This document shows, in pieces, positions 41,871 to 52,310 of a stretch of 64,000 bases of DNA. The DNA comes from an uncultured Gammaproteobacteria bacterium (GTDB lineage: Bacteria > Patescibacteriota > Patescibacteriia > UBA9570 > CAZNEH01). Where the stretch lies: contig CAZNEH010000002.1 in NCBI GenBank assembly GCA_964572175.1, positions 1,406 through 65,405 on the forward strand. Reading direction: 5' to 3'. Under the pieces are notes generated by a model. That model was not told the origin of the DNA and ran no database searches. It saw only the letters and a list, made by a program, of their open reading frames with translations. Positions within the stretch are counted from its first letter, which is position 1. Each line of letters opens with the position of its first letter. The position numbers were made by a program, and so were the translations under genes.

Positions 41871-42246
41871 CTCCTTTCGATTTTATTAATTTATTATAAA
41901 CTAAATAAAATAAACTTATTACCAAAGCTCCGATAACTGCATCAATAATTGGCTGAGTAATTAAAGAAAAAATATACCAAAATCTAAAATTCATCAATAA
42001 TTCTATAAAAGCAGTAGTAAAACTTAGTAAGAAAGTACTAATTACTCCAATCCAAGCTATGTTGCCAATTTTTTCTTTTGATAAACGATAAACCACAAAA
42101 ATATAAAAGGCTACTTGTACCGTCCAAAATAAAATCCAAGAATAATCTAAAAACAAAGCACAAATTTCAAAGATTAAAACAACTAAAAAAGCCCATTGCA
42201 AAGCTTTTATATATTTTTCTACATTTAAATCTTTCTTTTCTTCCAT
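41851..42246 (-). CDS. hypothetical integral membrane protein
   Basis: Four predicted TM helices. Start taken at MEEKKD. Confidence 0.5.
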   Translation of the reverse strand: MEEKKDLNVEKYIKALQWAFLVVLIFEICALFLDYSWILFWTVQVAFYIFVVYRLSKEKIGNIAWIGVISTFLLSFTTAFIELLMNFRFWYIFSLITQPIIDAVIGALVISLFYLVYNKLIKSKGGGENAI

Positions 42247-42269
42247 AAATATATTATAACATATTTTAA

Positions 42270-42304
42270 AGAAAATTAAAACGCCCCGCAGGTTAGTGCG
42301 GGGC
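42270..42304 (-). terminator. groEL intrinsic terminator
   Basis: Minus strand reads GCCCCGCA-loop-TGCGGGGC then GTTTTAATTTT. Confidence 0.7.
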
Positions 42305-42344
42305 ATATCTGTGAAATCAATTTTAATCAGTGAAATCTGTGATT

Positions 42345-44271
<1,927 letters not shown>

Positions 44272-44305
44272 AAGTAAATAAAAATTAATTATTTTTTGTT
44301 AACTA

Positions 44306-44349
44306 ATTTTAACAAAAAATAGGCTACCTGTCAAGCTCTTAAAAGAGCT
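44306..44349 (-). promoter_or_regulatory. groES promoter (minus strand TTGACA-N17-TAAAAT) abutted by the 16-nt palindrome AGCTCTTAAAAGAGCT; not a canonical CIRCE
   Basis: On plus coordinates the -35 is 44329-44334, the -10 is 44306-44311, and the palindrome is 44334-44349. Confidence 0.45.
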
Positions 44350-44365
44350 AATTTTAGCCAATTAT

Positions 44366-44394
44366 TTGACATATTAACCTGGTCTTAGTAAGAT
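44366..44394 (+). promoter_or_regulatory. near-consensus promoter TTGACA-N17-TAAGAT for the island D gene
   Basis: Back-to-back with the groES promoter. Same TAAGAT -10 as island A. Confidence 0.5.
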
Positions 44395-44422
44395 AAAAAT
44401 GACTTCTACCAAGGAGAAAGTC

Positions 44423-45199
44423 ATGTCGACTCAAGCTCTCTTCGATCACACTGGTCGCCTCATCCCTCCTCCCAACCCTCGGTCCGGGTACGGGGTCTGT
44501 GATCCCGATCCCGAGTTCCACCTGATCCAGCCAGATATCGACTACTCAGTTCGATTAGCCCGAGCCATGGGGCTCTTGCCCGATGGCCTCGTCTGGCCTT
44601 CCGCAGCACAGTTCGCAGATGCCTGTCAGGCCCAGCTGGAGAGGCTGGGCCAAGATGAGCAGGCTCGCAACGCTCTCCACGGCGTGCACCTTCCGTTCTG
44701 CCTGCCGCAGATAGATGTTCACAACATGGGAGGCGTTCTGGACGAGGTCTTCCTGCCAGCTCTGGAGCAGGCCCTGGTGCCCCACCGCCGCTTTCGCAAT
44801 TCTCGCCAGGGCGATCTGGCCAAGATGGTTTCTACCTTCAGGGGTAGCCGCCATATTGACCTGGTCAAGAGACTGGCTCAAGAACCGATCATCGGGACCT
44901 GCTTCCCTGTCGCCCTGCAGGGGTTCTCGTCCAACGCCGCCAGAAGGCAGATCAAGGAAGTGCCTTCCAGCTGGATCCTCAGCGGGTTCGATCTGATCAT
45001 GGCCATGATTATGTACCCCGAGGTCTTTGGCAAGGGCATCAAGGTTCCGGCCATGTGGCCCCTGGCGTTCCTCGGAAAAGAAAGGGGGTACTCCTTCGAA
45101 GTCTGCACCTTCGATCCCCGCTACATCAGCTTCGGGATCATGGCCACTCACTTCTACGCCGGAAAGGCATGTTCCTCCGGACTGTCCTTCCTCGGGTAG
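44423..45199 (+). CDS. hypothetical protein (258 aa); GC-rich island D
   Basis: About 60% GC. AAGGAG SD 6 nt before the ATG at 44423. The ORF-track start at 44399 abuts the -10. No recognisable domain. Confidence 0.5.
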   Translation: MSTQALFDHTGRLIPPPNPRSGYGVCDPDPEFHLIQPDIDYSVRLARAMGLLPDGLVWPSAAQFADACQAQLERLGQDEQARNALHGVHLPFCLPQIDVHNMGGVLDEVFLPALEQALVPHRRFRNSRQGDLAKMVSTFRGSRHIDLVKRLAQEPIIGTCFPVALQGFSSNAARRQIKEVPSSWILSGFDLIMAMIMYPEVFGKGIKVPAMWPLAFLGKERGYSFEVCTFDPRYISFGIMATHFYAGKACSSGLSFLG

Positions 45200-45202
45200 G
45201 AC

Positions 45203-45245
45203 GCAGGTGCTTTAGCTCACGGGCTATCGCACCTCGCTTTTTTTT
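45203..45245 (+). terminator. intrinsic terminator of the island D gene
   Basis: GCAGGTGC...GCACCTCGC stem followed by TTTTTTTT. It contains the stop codon of the convergent gene. Confidence 0.6.
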
Positions 45246-46450
45246 ACTAAAGTTGCCAGTAGCAACCAAAATATTAAGATAAAAGGGAAAGTTGTCCATA
45301 AGTAATGGTCAAATAATCCCATAAATAATAGCATTAACAGTAATATGCCCAGAGTAATAGTCCTTAGCTCTAACCTAGTATGCAATTTTTTTATCCAGTA
45401 ATAAATAGCATATCCCGCAATCATTAAAAAAGACAACAAACCAAATATTCCCAGTTCTGCTAAAATTAAAACATAAATATTATGAACTGGCTCACTAAAG
45501 TGCTCACTATAAGTACCTAGACCAATTCCAATCGGCCAGTACTTAGCTATAATACCTCCAGCCTCAACTTGTTGCTCCATTCTTTGTTCTACAGAGTAAA
45601 GTTCTAAACTTTGATCCATGTCAAATCGCGTCATCATTATCTGTGGGTAGATTAAAGAAAGAATAATAATCTTAATAAAAATTGCTCCAATTAATTTAGT
45701 TACTATTTTTCTGGGTCGATACAAAACCAAAAGTAACAACAATCCAAAACATAGTCCCAGCCAAGCTTGCCTAGAGAAAGTTAAGAAAAATCCAGTGGTT
45801 AAAAATATTAAGCTAGCTAAAGGAGCGTAGCGTTCTCTAATGTGATGCTTAATTCGACGCTCTTCAACTAAGTATAAATAAATTGCTAAAAACATTGCTA
45901 CCAATAAAAACATTCCTAAAATATTTGGATGGGGAAATGTTCCATAAGCCCTTAAGACTCTACCAAAATCTCCAGCTACTACTTGAGTACCTAAAACTTC
46001 TGGCAAATGCTCAGTCATACCCAGCCATTTACAAGCCCAAGTTTTTTGGAACCAAAATTGGACTATTCCTAAAATAGATTGAAGGACTCCAGCTACCACC
46101 CAAATCCAAGCCATTTTTTTAAAATCTAATTTAGTTCTTAAAATAATATAAGCAAGTAACAATCCTTCAGTTAAATGCAATAAATTATAACCAGACAACT
46201 CTTTATTGCTAGACCAGTATAAATTAAAAAAATTAACTACCCAGAAAAAACCCAACAGAGTTAAAAGAGCAGTATTTTTTGTTTCTTGTTTTTTGTTTAT
46301 TAAAAAGAAAATTAATAAAACAATAAAAATAATATCTAATCCATACAAAGAATAGATGCTATCTTCAAAGATATACCTCGTAGAAAAGGGGAGTAAAAAA
46401 ACCAGTAAATAAATTAGGTATTCAGGAGCTTTCTTAATGTGTTTTTTCAT
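45224..46450 (-). CDS. O-antigen ligase / Wzy_C family polytopic membrane protein; last 6 codons and stop are encoded by the island D terminator
   Basis: More than 10 TM helices and a Wzy_C-like loop. Start at MKKHIKK (46450). Confidence 0.6.
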   Translation of the reverse strand: MKKHIKKAPEYLIYLLVFLLPFSTRYIFEDSIYSLYGLDIIFIVLLIFFLINKKQETKNTALLTLLGFFWVVNFFNLYWSSNKELSGYNLLHLTEGLLLAYIILRTKLDFKKMAWIWVVAGVLQSILGIVQFWFQKTWACKWLGMTEHLPEVLGTQVVAGDFGRVLRAYGTFPHPNILGMFLLVAMFLAIYLYLVEERRIKHHIRERYAPLASLIFLTTGFFLTFSRQAWLGLCFGLLLLLVLYRPRKIVTKLIGAIFIKIIILSLIYPQIMMTRFDMDQSLELYSVEQRMEQQVEAGGIIAKYWPIGIGLGTYSEHFSEPVHNIYVLILAELGIFGLLSFLMIAGYAIYYWIKKLHTRLELRTITLGILLLMLLFMGLFDHYLWTTFPFILIFWLLLATLVKKSEVR

Positions 46451-46475
46451 GTTATTATTATAGCATAAAAAGTAA

Positions 46476-46495
46476 AGACGAGGCATGCCTCGTCT
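46476..46495 (+). promoter_or_regulatory. 20-nt perfect palindrome AGACGAGGCATGCCTCGTCT in the 5' leader, same family as the recA-flanking palindromes
   Basis: Shared context AGTAAAGACG-N10-CGTCTCAAAAAAT-ATG. Confidence 0.5.
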
Positions 46496-46503
46496 CAAAA
46501 AAT

Positions 46504-47739
46504 ATGGACCAAAAAAAATCAAATCTAGCCAATATTTGGCTAATTAGCGTTGTCGTTATCATTGTCTTATTATTAGTCATTTGCACTGGCTATTATTTAT
46601 GGGCTAATGAAAAAAACCAAACCATTGCCCCCATTAACATTAACACTGAAGAAGATTTATCCGCCGCAGCTTCAGCGGAGGCGGAGGTTATTTCCGAAGA
46701 CTTTTTAGCTTATTTTAAGGTCAGAAACGAAGATGATGTAGAAATTTATCGAGTGGACAAAGATGGAGAAACTAATTTAATTAAAACTTATAACGAAGAC
46801 TTGGGAGATAGAGTGGCCTTAACTTATCTATTAAATAACCCAGACATCTATATTTCTGGTTTGGGAGAAAACGAATATACTGTGATCGACTCTTCTGGCT
46901 CAGATATTAGTTCAGAGTATCCTTATTTTAAAAAGAAAAACTTTGACGTTACTAACTATGTTAAAGTTCCAGGCTATGAAAGACTAGTTTATTCTTTAGG
47001 TCCTGGTCAAGATCAATTAGAAGGCAAGCCTTTAATTGTGTCTGCCTATGATCACAGCACCATCGACTATATTGAAACAGAGGAAATCCCAAATACTATT
47101 ATTAGTAACCGTCCTTTTGCCTGGTCTAACGACGAACAAGATTTATATGTTACCAAAGTTGGCTGGGAATGCTTTGATCACGCTGATCTATGGAAGGTTC
47201 GCTTTGACTCCAAAGAAGTGACCCACTTAGACCAAGCTGATCAACTAGCTTTAGGAGAGCTAAGTGTTAATCCTGATCAAGATTTGGCCGTGGGTATAGA
47301 AATGGCCGAAGTTCCTTGCACTGAATGCATGTGCGGCACTAGAGGCGGCGCTCCTTCTGCTATTTATTCCTTTAATTTAGCAGACAATACCTATCAAGAA
47401 GTATTAGTGAGCGAAGATCGTCTCTTATACAACATTGCCTTATCTCCAGATGGTCAAAAAATATTTTACTTAGAAAGTATTTCTGAATTTGGAGCCTCTG
47501 GAGACCTTTACATGGCTAATATCGATGGTTCAGATGAGCAAAAAATTGCCGAAGACACTCTTTTACAAGCCATGTCTGAAGATGGAAGCATTATCATCAT
47601 TGGTACTAATAATTACACTTTAATGAATTTATCTGATGACACCGAAGTCTCCTTAACTGCTGACAGCTTAACTGATGATTCCGTAACCAGCTTTATTAAT
47701 TGTAACTATCCTCTAGGATTTAGTTGTTTATACGAATAA
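46504..47739 (+). CDS. hypothetical secreted/anchored protein with TolB-like beta-propeller repeats
   Basis: N-terminal TM/signal. Repeated SPDGQKIFY/DGSDEQ blades. Confidence 0.6.
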   Translation: MDQKKSNLANIWLISVVVIIVLLLVICTGYYLWANEKNQTIAPININTEEDLSAAASAEAEVISEDFLAYFKVRNEDDVEIYRVDKDGETNLIKTYNEDLGDRVALTYLLNNPDIYISGLGENEYTVIDSSGSDISSEYPYFKKKNFDVTNYVKVPGYERLVYSLGPGQDQLEGKPLIVSAYDHSTIDYIETEEIPNTIISNRPFAWSNDEQDLYVTKVGWECFDHADLWKVRFDSKEVTHLDQADQLALGELSVNPDQDLAVGIEMAEVPCTECMCGTRGGAPSAIYSFNLADNTYQEVLVSEDRLLYNIALSPDGQKIFYLESISEFGASGDLYMANIDGSDEQKIAEDTLLQAMSEDGSIIIIGTNNYTLMNLSDDTEVSLTADSLTDDSVTSFINCNYPLGFSCLYE

Positions 47740-47741
47740 CC

Positions 47742-48227
47742 ATGAAACTACTTAAAGAACTTCATCAGCACAATCCAGATATAAATTACAAAGTCCGCAA
47801 AGCTGGTCGGGCCGTGCTCTTTGCTGAAGACAAAGTCGCCCTACTTTATGTAGGTAAAAAAAATTACCACAAGCTTCCTGGCGGGGGAGTTAAGCCAGAA
47901 GAAGATATTAAACAAGGCTTAGCTCGAGAATTAATGGAGGAAACTGGCTGCGAGGCTAAAGTAAATGGTGAGATAGGCATGACTATCGAGTATCGAGACG
48001 AGTTTGAACAAATTCAATTTTCTTATTGTTATCTAGCTAAAGTTACTAAAGATTGCCAGACTCTATCTTTCACAGATAAAGAAAAAGCCGATGGATTTGA
48101 ACTTAAATGGGTCAGCCTAGACGAAGCTATTAAATTATTAGAATTAGACCAACCAGATAACTATGCTGGTAAGTTTATAGTGGCCCGAGATTTAACATTT
48201 TTAAAAGAAGTTAAAAATATAATATGA
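47742..48227 (+). CDS. NUDIX hydrolase
   Basis: Nudix box GGGVKPEEDIKQGLARELMEETG. Confidence 0.8.
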   Translation: MKLLKELHQHNPDINYKVRKAGRAVLFAEDKVALLYVGKKNYHKLPGGGVKPEEDIKQGLARELMEETGCEAKVNGEIGMTIEYRDEFEQIQFSYCYLAKVTKDCQTLSFTDKEKADGFELKWVSLDEAIKLLELDQPDNYAGKFIVARDLTFLKEVKNII

Positions 48228-48475
48228 ACATCGAACAAGAAATTACTCAAATCAAAAAGCGCAATAAAAAAGTTGAGGCCGACAAAGCCTGGGAAACCAG
48301 CTGGATCCGTCGTATTACCATTGCCATTCTCACTTATTTTGTTATCGTCATCTTCTTCTTTGTCGCCGATCTACCACGTCCTTTTATTAATGCCATTGTT
48401 CCGACCTTAGGATTTATCCTTTCCACTTTAACAGTTTCATTATTAAAGAGCATCTGGATAAAAAAGTATGATTAA
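48224..48475 (+). CDS. small two-TM membrane protein
   Basis: Hydrophobic core. Overlapping start and stop codons suggest an operon. Confidence 0.45.
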   Translation: MNIEQEITQIKKRNKKVEADKAWETSWIRRITIAILTYFVIVIFFFVADLPRPFINAIVPTLGFILSTLTVSLLKSIWIKKYD

Positions 48476-49118
48476 AGCCATAATTTTCGACATGGACGGA
48501 GTTCTGGCCGATACTGACATGGCTAGATTTAGATTACTTAAAGTTATTTTAGCCAAACGAGGGATTGTCTTGACTGATGAGGATACTAAAAAGGGAACTG
48601 GTAAAAGAACTAAGGTTTTTCTTAAAGAACTTTTTGGCGACCAGCTTAATGATGAGGAAATCCAAGAAATTTACGATCAAAGAATAAGCGAATACAGAGC
48701 TAATCATGATCAGTATATTATTCCTCAGCCTGGAGCTGTTGCTTGCGTCCGTAGTTTATGTAAAGAGTTTCCTATGGCCATTGCCTCAGCCTCTGATCTT
48801 AGAGACATTAAAATGGTTTTAAAAAAATTAGATCTTACCGATTGTTTTAAAGAAATAGTGGGAGACGAAATGGTTTCTCAACGAAAACCTCATCCAGAAA
48901 CTTATTTAAAAGCTGCTGAAGCTATCGGCTTTGACCCTAGTGAGTGTGTGGCTATTGAAGACTCTCCAACCGGAGTCGCTTCTGCCAAAGCTGCCGGCCT
49001 TACTTGTGTCGCCGTTACCTATGTTCATCCTAAAGAAGATCTTCAAGAAGCAGATCTGATTGTTGATTCTTTAGAGGAGGTCACGCCTGAATATATTAAG
49101 CAGATCCAAAATGACTAA
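48468..49118 (+). CDS. HAD-IA family hydrolase (beta-phosphoglucomutase-like)
   Basis: DMDGVLADT motif I, and the ED motif IV. Confidence 0.8.
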   Translation: MIKAIIFDMDGVLADTDMARFRLLKVILAKRGIVLTDEDTKKGTGKRTKVFLKELFGDQLNDEEIQEIYDQRISEYRANHDQYIIPQPGAVACVRSLCKEFPMAIASASDLRDIKMVLKKLDLTDCFKEIVGDEMVSQRKPHPETYLKAAEAIGFDPSECVAIEDSPTGVASAKAAGLTCVAVTYVHPKEDLQEADLIVDSLEEVTPEYIKQIQND

Positions 49119-49680
49119 ATACATTCTTTACGGAGGAAATAATCAACAAAATCCTGACGCCAGCGATCTTAGTTATTTTTCAGAGTTAACCAAGGACTTA
49201 AGCGGTCCAGTAAAAATTCTTTTGGTGTACTTTGCTAGAGAAAAACAAGATTGGATTAAAATGGGTCAAGAAGATAGTAGTCTATTTTCCACGCACTCTT
49301 CCGGAAAAGAATTCAGGTTCTTACTTGCCGAAGAAGATAAGGATATTTTAGAAGATCAAATTAAACAAGCAGACATTATTTATATCCGCGGAGGAAAAAC
49401 TCCTCAATTAAAATCAGTTTTAGAAAAAGTAGATAACTTAAAAGAATTATTTAGAAATAAAGTTATTTTTGGTTCTTCTGCCGGAGTCTATGTTTTAGCA
49501 AAGTATTATTATACTAATAGCCTCGACACTATTTTAGGAGGATTAAACATTTTACCTACTAAAGCTTTTTGTCATTACGATGACAGTAAAAAAGAAAAGC
49601 TAGAAAAATTAAAAAACCACCAAGAAGAGTTAGAAGTAGTAATTCTTCCCGAAGGTAAATATATTATTAAAAATGACTGA
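49111..49680 (+). CDS. peptidase S51 family protein (dipeptidase E / cyanophycinase-like)
   Basis: IRGGKT and FGSSAGV (Ser nucleophile context) resemble S51. Confidence 0.5.
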   Translation: MTKYILYGGNNQQNPDASDLSYFSELTKDLSGPVKILLVYFAREKQDWIKMGQEDSSLFSTHSSGKEFRFLLAEEDKDILEDQIKQADIIYIRGGKTPQLKSVLEKVDNLKELFRNKVIFGSSAGVYVLAKYYYTNSLDTILGGLNILPTKAFCHYDDSKKEKLEKLKNHQEELEVVILPEGKYIIKND

Positions 49681-50428
49681 ACAAAAAGTTTTTATTACCA
49701 ACAAAGAGGGAGAAAAACTAGTTGGCCTTAAAGCTACTCCTGATTTAGAGCAAGAAGAATATCCTACTGCTATCTTGGTTCACGGTTTTGGAGTTACCAA
49801 AGAAGAGTACGGACTTTTTGACGGCTTAACTAAAAACTTAACTGACGCTGGAATTATGGTTTTTCGTTTTGACTTTTCTGGGTGTGGAGAAAGCGAAGGA
49901 GATTACAGTCAAACTTCTTTAACTAAATTAGGAGAAGAGCTAAAAGAAATTATTAATTACGTTAAAGCAGACGATCAAGTTGATCTAAATAAAATTGGCT
50001 TAGTAGGACAATCTTTAGGAACCTCAACTATAATTTCTATCAAACCTCAAGTCCAGGTCATTGCTTTAACCGGGTCTATTAATTCACCTAAACCAGGATT
50101 TATTAAAAAATTTGGCGCAGGCTATAATCCAGAGGGGATGTCTCAGGTCGAACGCTCTGACGGACGAATTACTAAAATGGGAGCTCAATTTTTTTCTGAT
50201 TTTGATAATTATAATTTACTAGAATCTATTACTAAGATTAATTGCCCGATATTATTTATTCATGGCGCTAAAGACAATAAAGTTTCTCCAGATCAAACCG
50301 AAGAGTATTATAAAAATTATTCAGGAGTAAAAGAAAAAATAATTTTAGATGAGGCAGACCATGATTTAGAACCGCAAAGAGAAGAGGTTTATAAGTTGAT
50401 TGCTAATTGGTTTAAGAAGTATTTATAA
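49673..50428 (+). CDS. alpha/beta hydrolase
   Basis: GQSLG nucleophile elbow, and an HGFG oxyanion region. Confidence 0.75.
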   Translation: MTEQKVFITNKEGEKLVGLKATPDLEQEEYPTAILVHGFGVTKEEYGLFDGLTKNLTDAGIMVFRFDFSGCGESEGDYSQTSLTKLGEELKEIINYVKADDQVDLNKIGLVGQSLGTSTIISIKPQVQVIALTGSINSPKPGFIKKFGAGYNPEGMSQVERSDGRITKMGAQFFSDFDNYNLLESITKINCPILFIHGAKDNKVSPDQTEEYYKNYSGVKEKIILDEADHDLEPQREEVYKLIANWFKKYL

Positions 50429-50431
50429 AAT

Positions 50432-51658
50432 ATGAAAGATAAATTTATTGTAGCTATTAGCAGAGATCCGGCTTTAATAAGTTATTGCCAGCCAGACTTG
50501 ATTATTACTACTAATAAAGTTAATTCATACGGTAGCATCCCAACTATTTGTTTACAAGATTTTTTACCAGAAGATTCGTTTCTTAGCTTATATGACACAC
50601 AGTTGATGGCTATTATCAACCATGAGAATAAAGATTTTCAAAAATTAGTTTTAAAAGAAATAAAAACCAGGGCTCAGAACAAAGAAATATTTGTTAATCC
50701 ATACTATAATGCTCACACTGAAACATTAAGAAAAAATGATTTTAATATTATTGGTCCGTCAGATGATTTAGCTTATAAATTTTCTAGTAAAACAGAAGCC
50801 TATAAAATTGCCTTAAAAGAAAAAGTTCCAGTTGCTCCAGGGGAAATAAATGTCAACCCAGAAGAGATAAAAAATCTTTTTGAAAAAAATCCCTTAGGCT
50901 TGTTTGTGGCTGAAGATTATAATCACTATTATCCTAATAATTTTTATATTTCTAAGTCTGACGATTTATCTAAATTGAATCCAAAGTCTAAATATTTAGT
51001 TACTATTTGGCAGAAAAATATTATTAATAGTCCAAACACCCAGGTTATCATTGGTCCGAAAAAAATACTTTACCTAGGAATCACTGATCAAATTATTAAA
51101 AAAGGAGTAAAATATTATGGAAATAATTATCCTTGCACTTCCTCTGCACAAAACCAGGACAGAATAAAAGAATATAGCTTAGCTATAGCTAAGGCAATGC
51201 AAAAAGAGGGGTATAGAGGCTTTGCCGGCTTTGACTGGATAGAGGTAGAATCAGGAGAAATATTCATGGTGGAAATAAACCCTCGCAAAAATAGATCTTC
51301 AGCTATTTTAGCTGGCATGCTAGACTATTACCGCCCTTCTTCTGCTCCTTCTATTTTTGAATTAGAAATTATGGCTACCGAAAACCAGGACTGGGAAGCA
51401 GAGGAGTGGAAAGTTCCAGACAATATTAAATGGACTATGGAAGTTTATAAAATTTATAAAGAAAAAAAAGTTAAAGAAAATATTTTACCCTCTTATTCTG
51501 AACAAAATATTTTTAACACAGAAAATCAATATAGTATTTTAAATTTCCCAAAAAAAGATCAAGTCCTAACCCCTGATTGCCCAGATATAGCTAGAATTAT
51601 TACCATTGGTTCCAATGATACCGATGAAGCAAAAGATAAAATAAAAAAATATCTATGA
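50432..51658 (+). CDS. ATP-grasp domain protein
   Basis: GYRGFAGFDWIEVESGEIFMVEINPR resembles an ATP-grasp C-domain. Confidence 0.5.
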   Translation: MKDKFIVAISRDPALISYCQPDLIITTNKVNSYGSIPTICLQDFLPEDSFLSLYDTQLMAIINHENKDFQKLVLKEIKTRAQNKEIFVNPYYNAHTETLRKNDFNIIGPSDDLAYKFSSKTEAYKIALKEKVPVAPGEINVNPEEIKNLFEKNPLGLFVAEDYNHYYPNNFYISKSDDLSKLNPKSKYLVTIWQKNIINSPNTQVIIGPKKILYLGITDQIIKKGVKYYGNNYPCTSSAQNQDRIKEYSLAIAKAMQKEGYRGFAGFDWIEVESGEIFMVEINPRKNRSSAILAGMLDYYRPSSAPSIFELEIMATENQDWEAEEWKVPDNIKWTMEVYKIYKEKKVKENILPSYSEQNIFNTENQYSILNFPKKDQVLTPDCPDIARIITIGSNDTDEAKDKIKKYL

Positions 51659-52086
51659 AAGCAATAATTTTCGACTACAACGGAGTCCTTAACACTGGCG
51701 CCGACATCAAAGAGACTATTTCAAAGTTAAGTAAAGACTATAAATTATTTATTGCTTCTAGCTCTAGCTTAAGTAACATTAAGGGATTATTAGAAGAGCA
51801 AAATTTATTAAAACACTTTACTGAAATTTTAGGTTATGATTCTAGTTTAAGTAAACTAGATAAATTTAAAAGCCTTATTAAAGATCACTCCTTAGAGCCT
51901 AATGATGTAATTTTTATCACTGACACCAGCGGAGACATTTTACAAGCCAGAGAAGCCAAAATTGGCCATATTATAGGCATCTTAGGCGGCTGGCAAGACA
52001 AAAAAACCCTAGCCAGGGCAAATCCTGAAATAATAGTTGATAACTTTCAAGAACTACCCAAAGAAATAAAAACATTATATAAATAA
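51655..52086 (+). CDS. HAD-like hydrolase
   Basis: N-terminal IIFDYNGVL motif I variant. Confidence 0.55.
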   Translation: MKAIIFDYNGVLNTGADIKETISKLSKDYKLFIASSSSLSNIKGLLEEQNLLKHFTEILGYDSSLSKLDKFKSLIKDHSLEPNDVIFITDTSGDILQAREAKIGHIIGILGGWQDKKTLARANPEIIVDNFQELPKEIKTLYK

Positions 52087-52124
52087 CCGCGTGGTCCCAC
52101 ACCCGCGGTTTAAAATAAAAAAAA

Positions 52125-52270
52125 GGATGGGAGGGGGTAAGGTTAGAGGACGTCTCTGCAGACCAGCATCCGGTTTCCCGCCGGACAACCGCTTAAAACA
52201 GCGGATAGTCCCGGATTTACACGGTCGAGATTCGAATCTCCTCCTTATACCCCCTGTTACAAACTTCAGT
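52125..52270. ncRNA. GC-rich structured non-coding RNA candidate of unknown class (not a protein gene); strand undetermined
   Basis: About 150 nt at about 55% GC between AT-rich genes. GGGGGTAAGG...CCTTATACCCCC closing helix, several internal hairpins, a TTCGAAT loop. No cloverleaf could be built. Confidence 0.2.
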
Positions 52271-52310
52271 GACCGCTCTGCTGGCGATGTTAAAGTTTGT
52301 CCCAGTTATT

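Noticed and set aside
44306-44349. CIRCE/HrcA operator upstream of groES
   Set aside because: The palindrome present does not match the CIRCE consensus TTAGCACTC-N9-GAGTGCTAA.
44555-45282. Several ORFs antisense to or overlapping the island D gene
   Set aside because: Same reason: GC-rich region yields spurious frames.
52125-52270. Possible tRNA (a TTCGAAT loop and a 5'/3' closing helix were noticed)
   Set aside because: At about 145 nt it is too long for a tRNA. No D-arm or anticodon arm could be built, and the T-stem does not pair on either strand.
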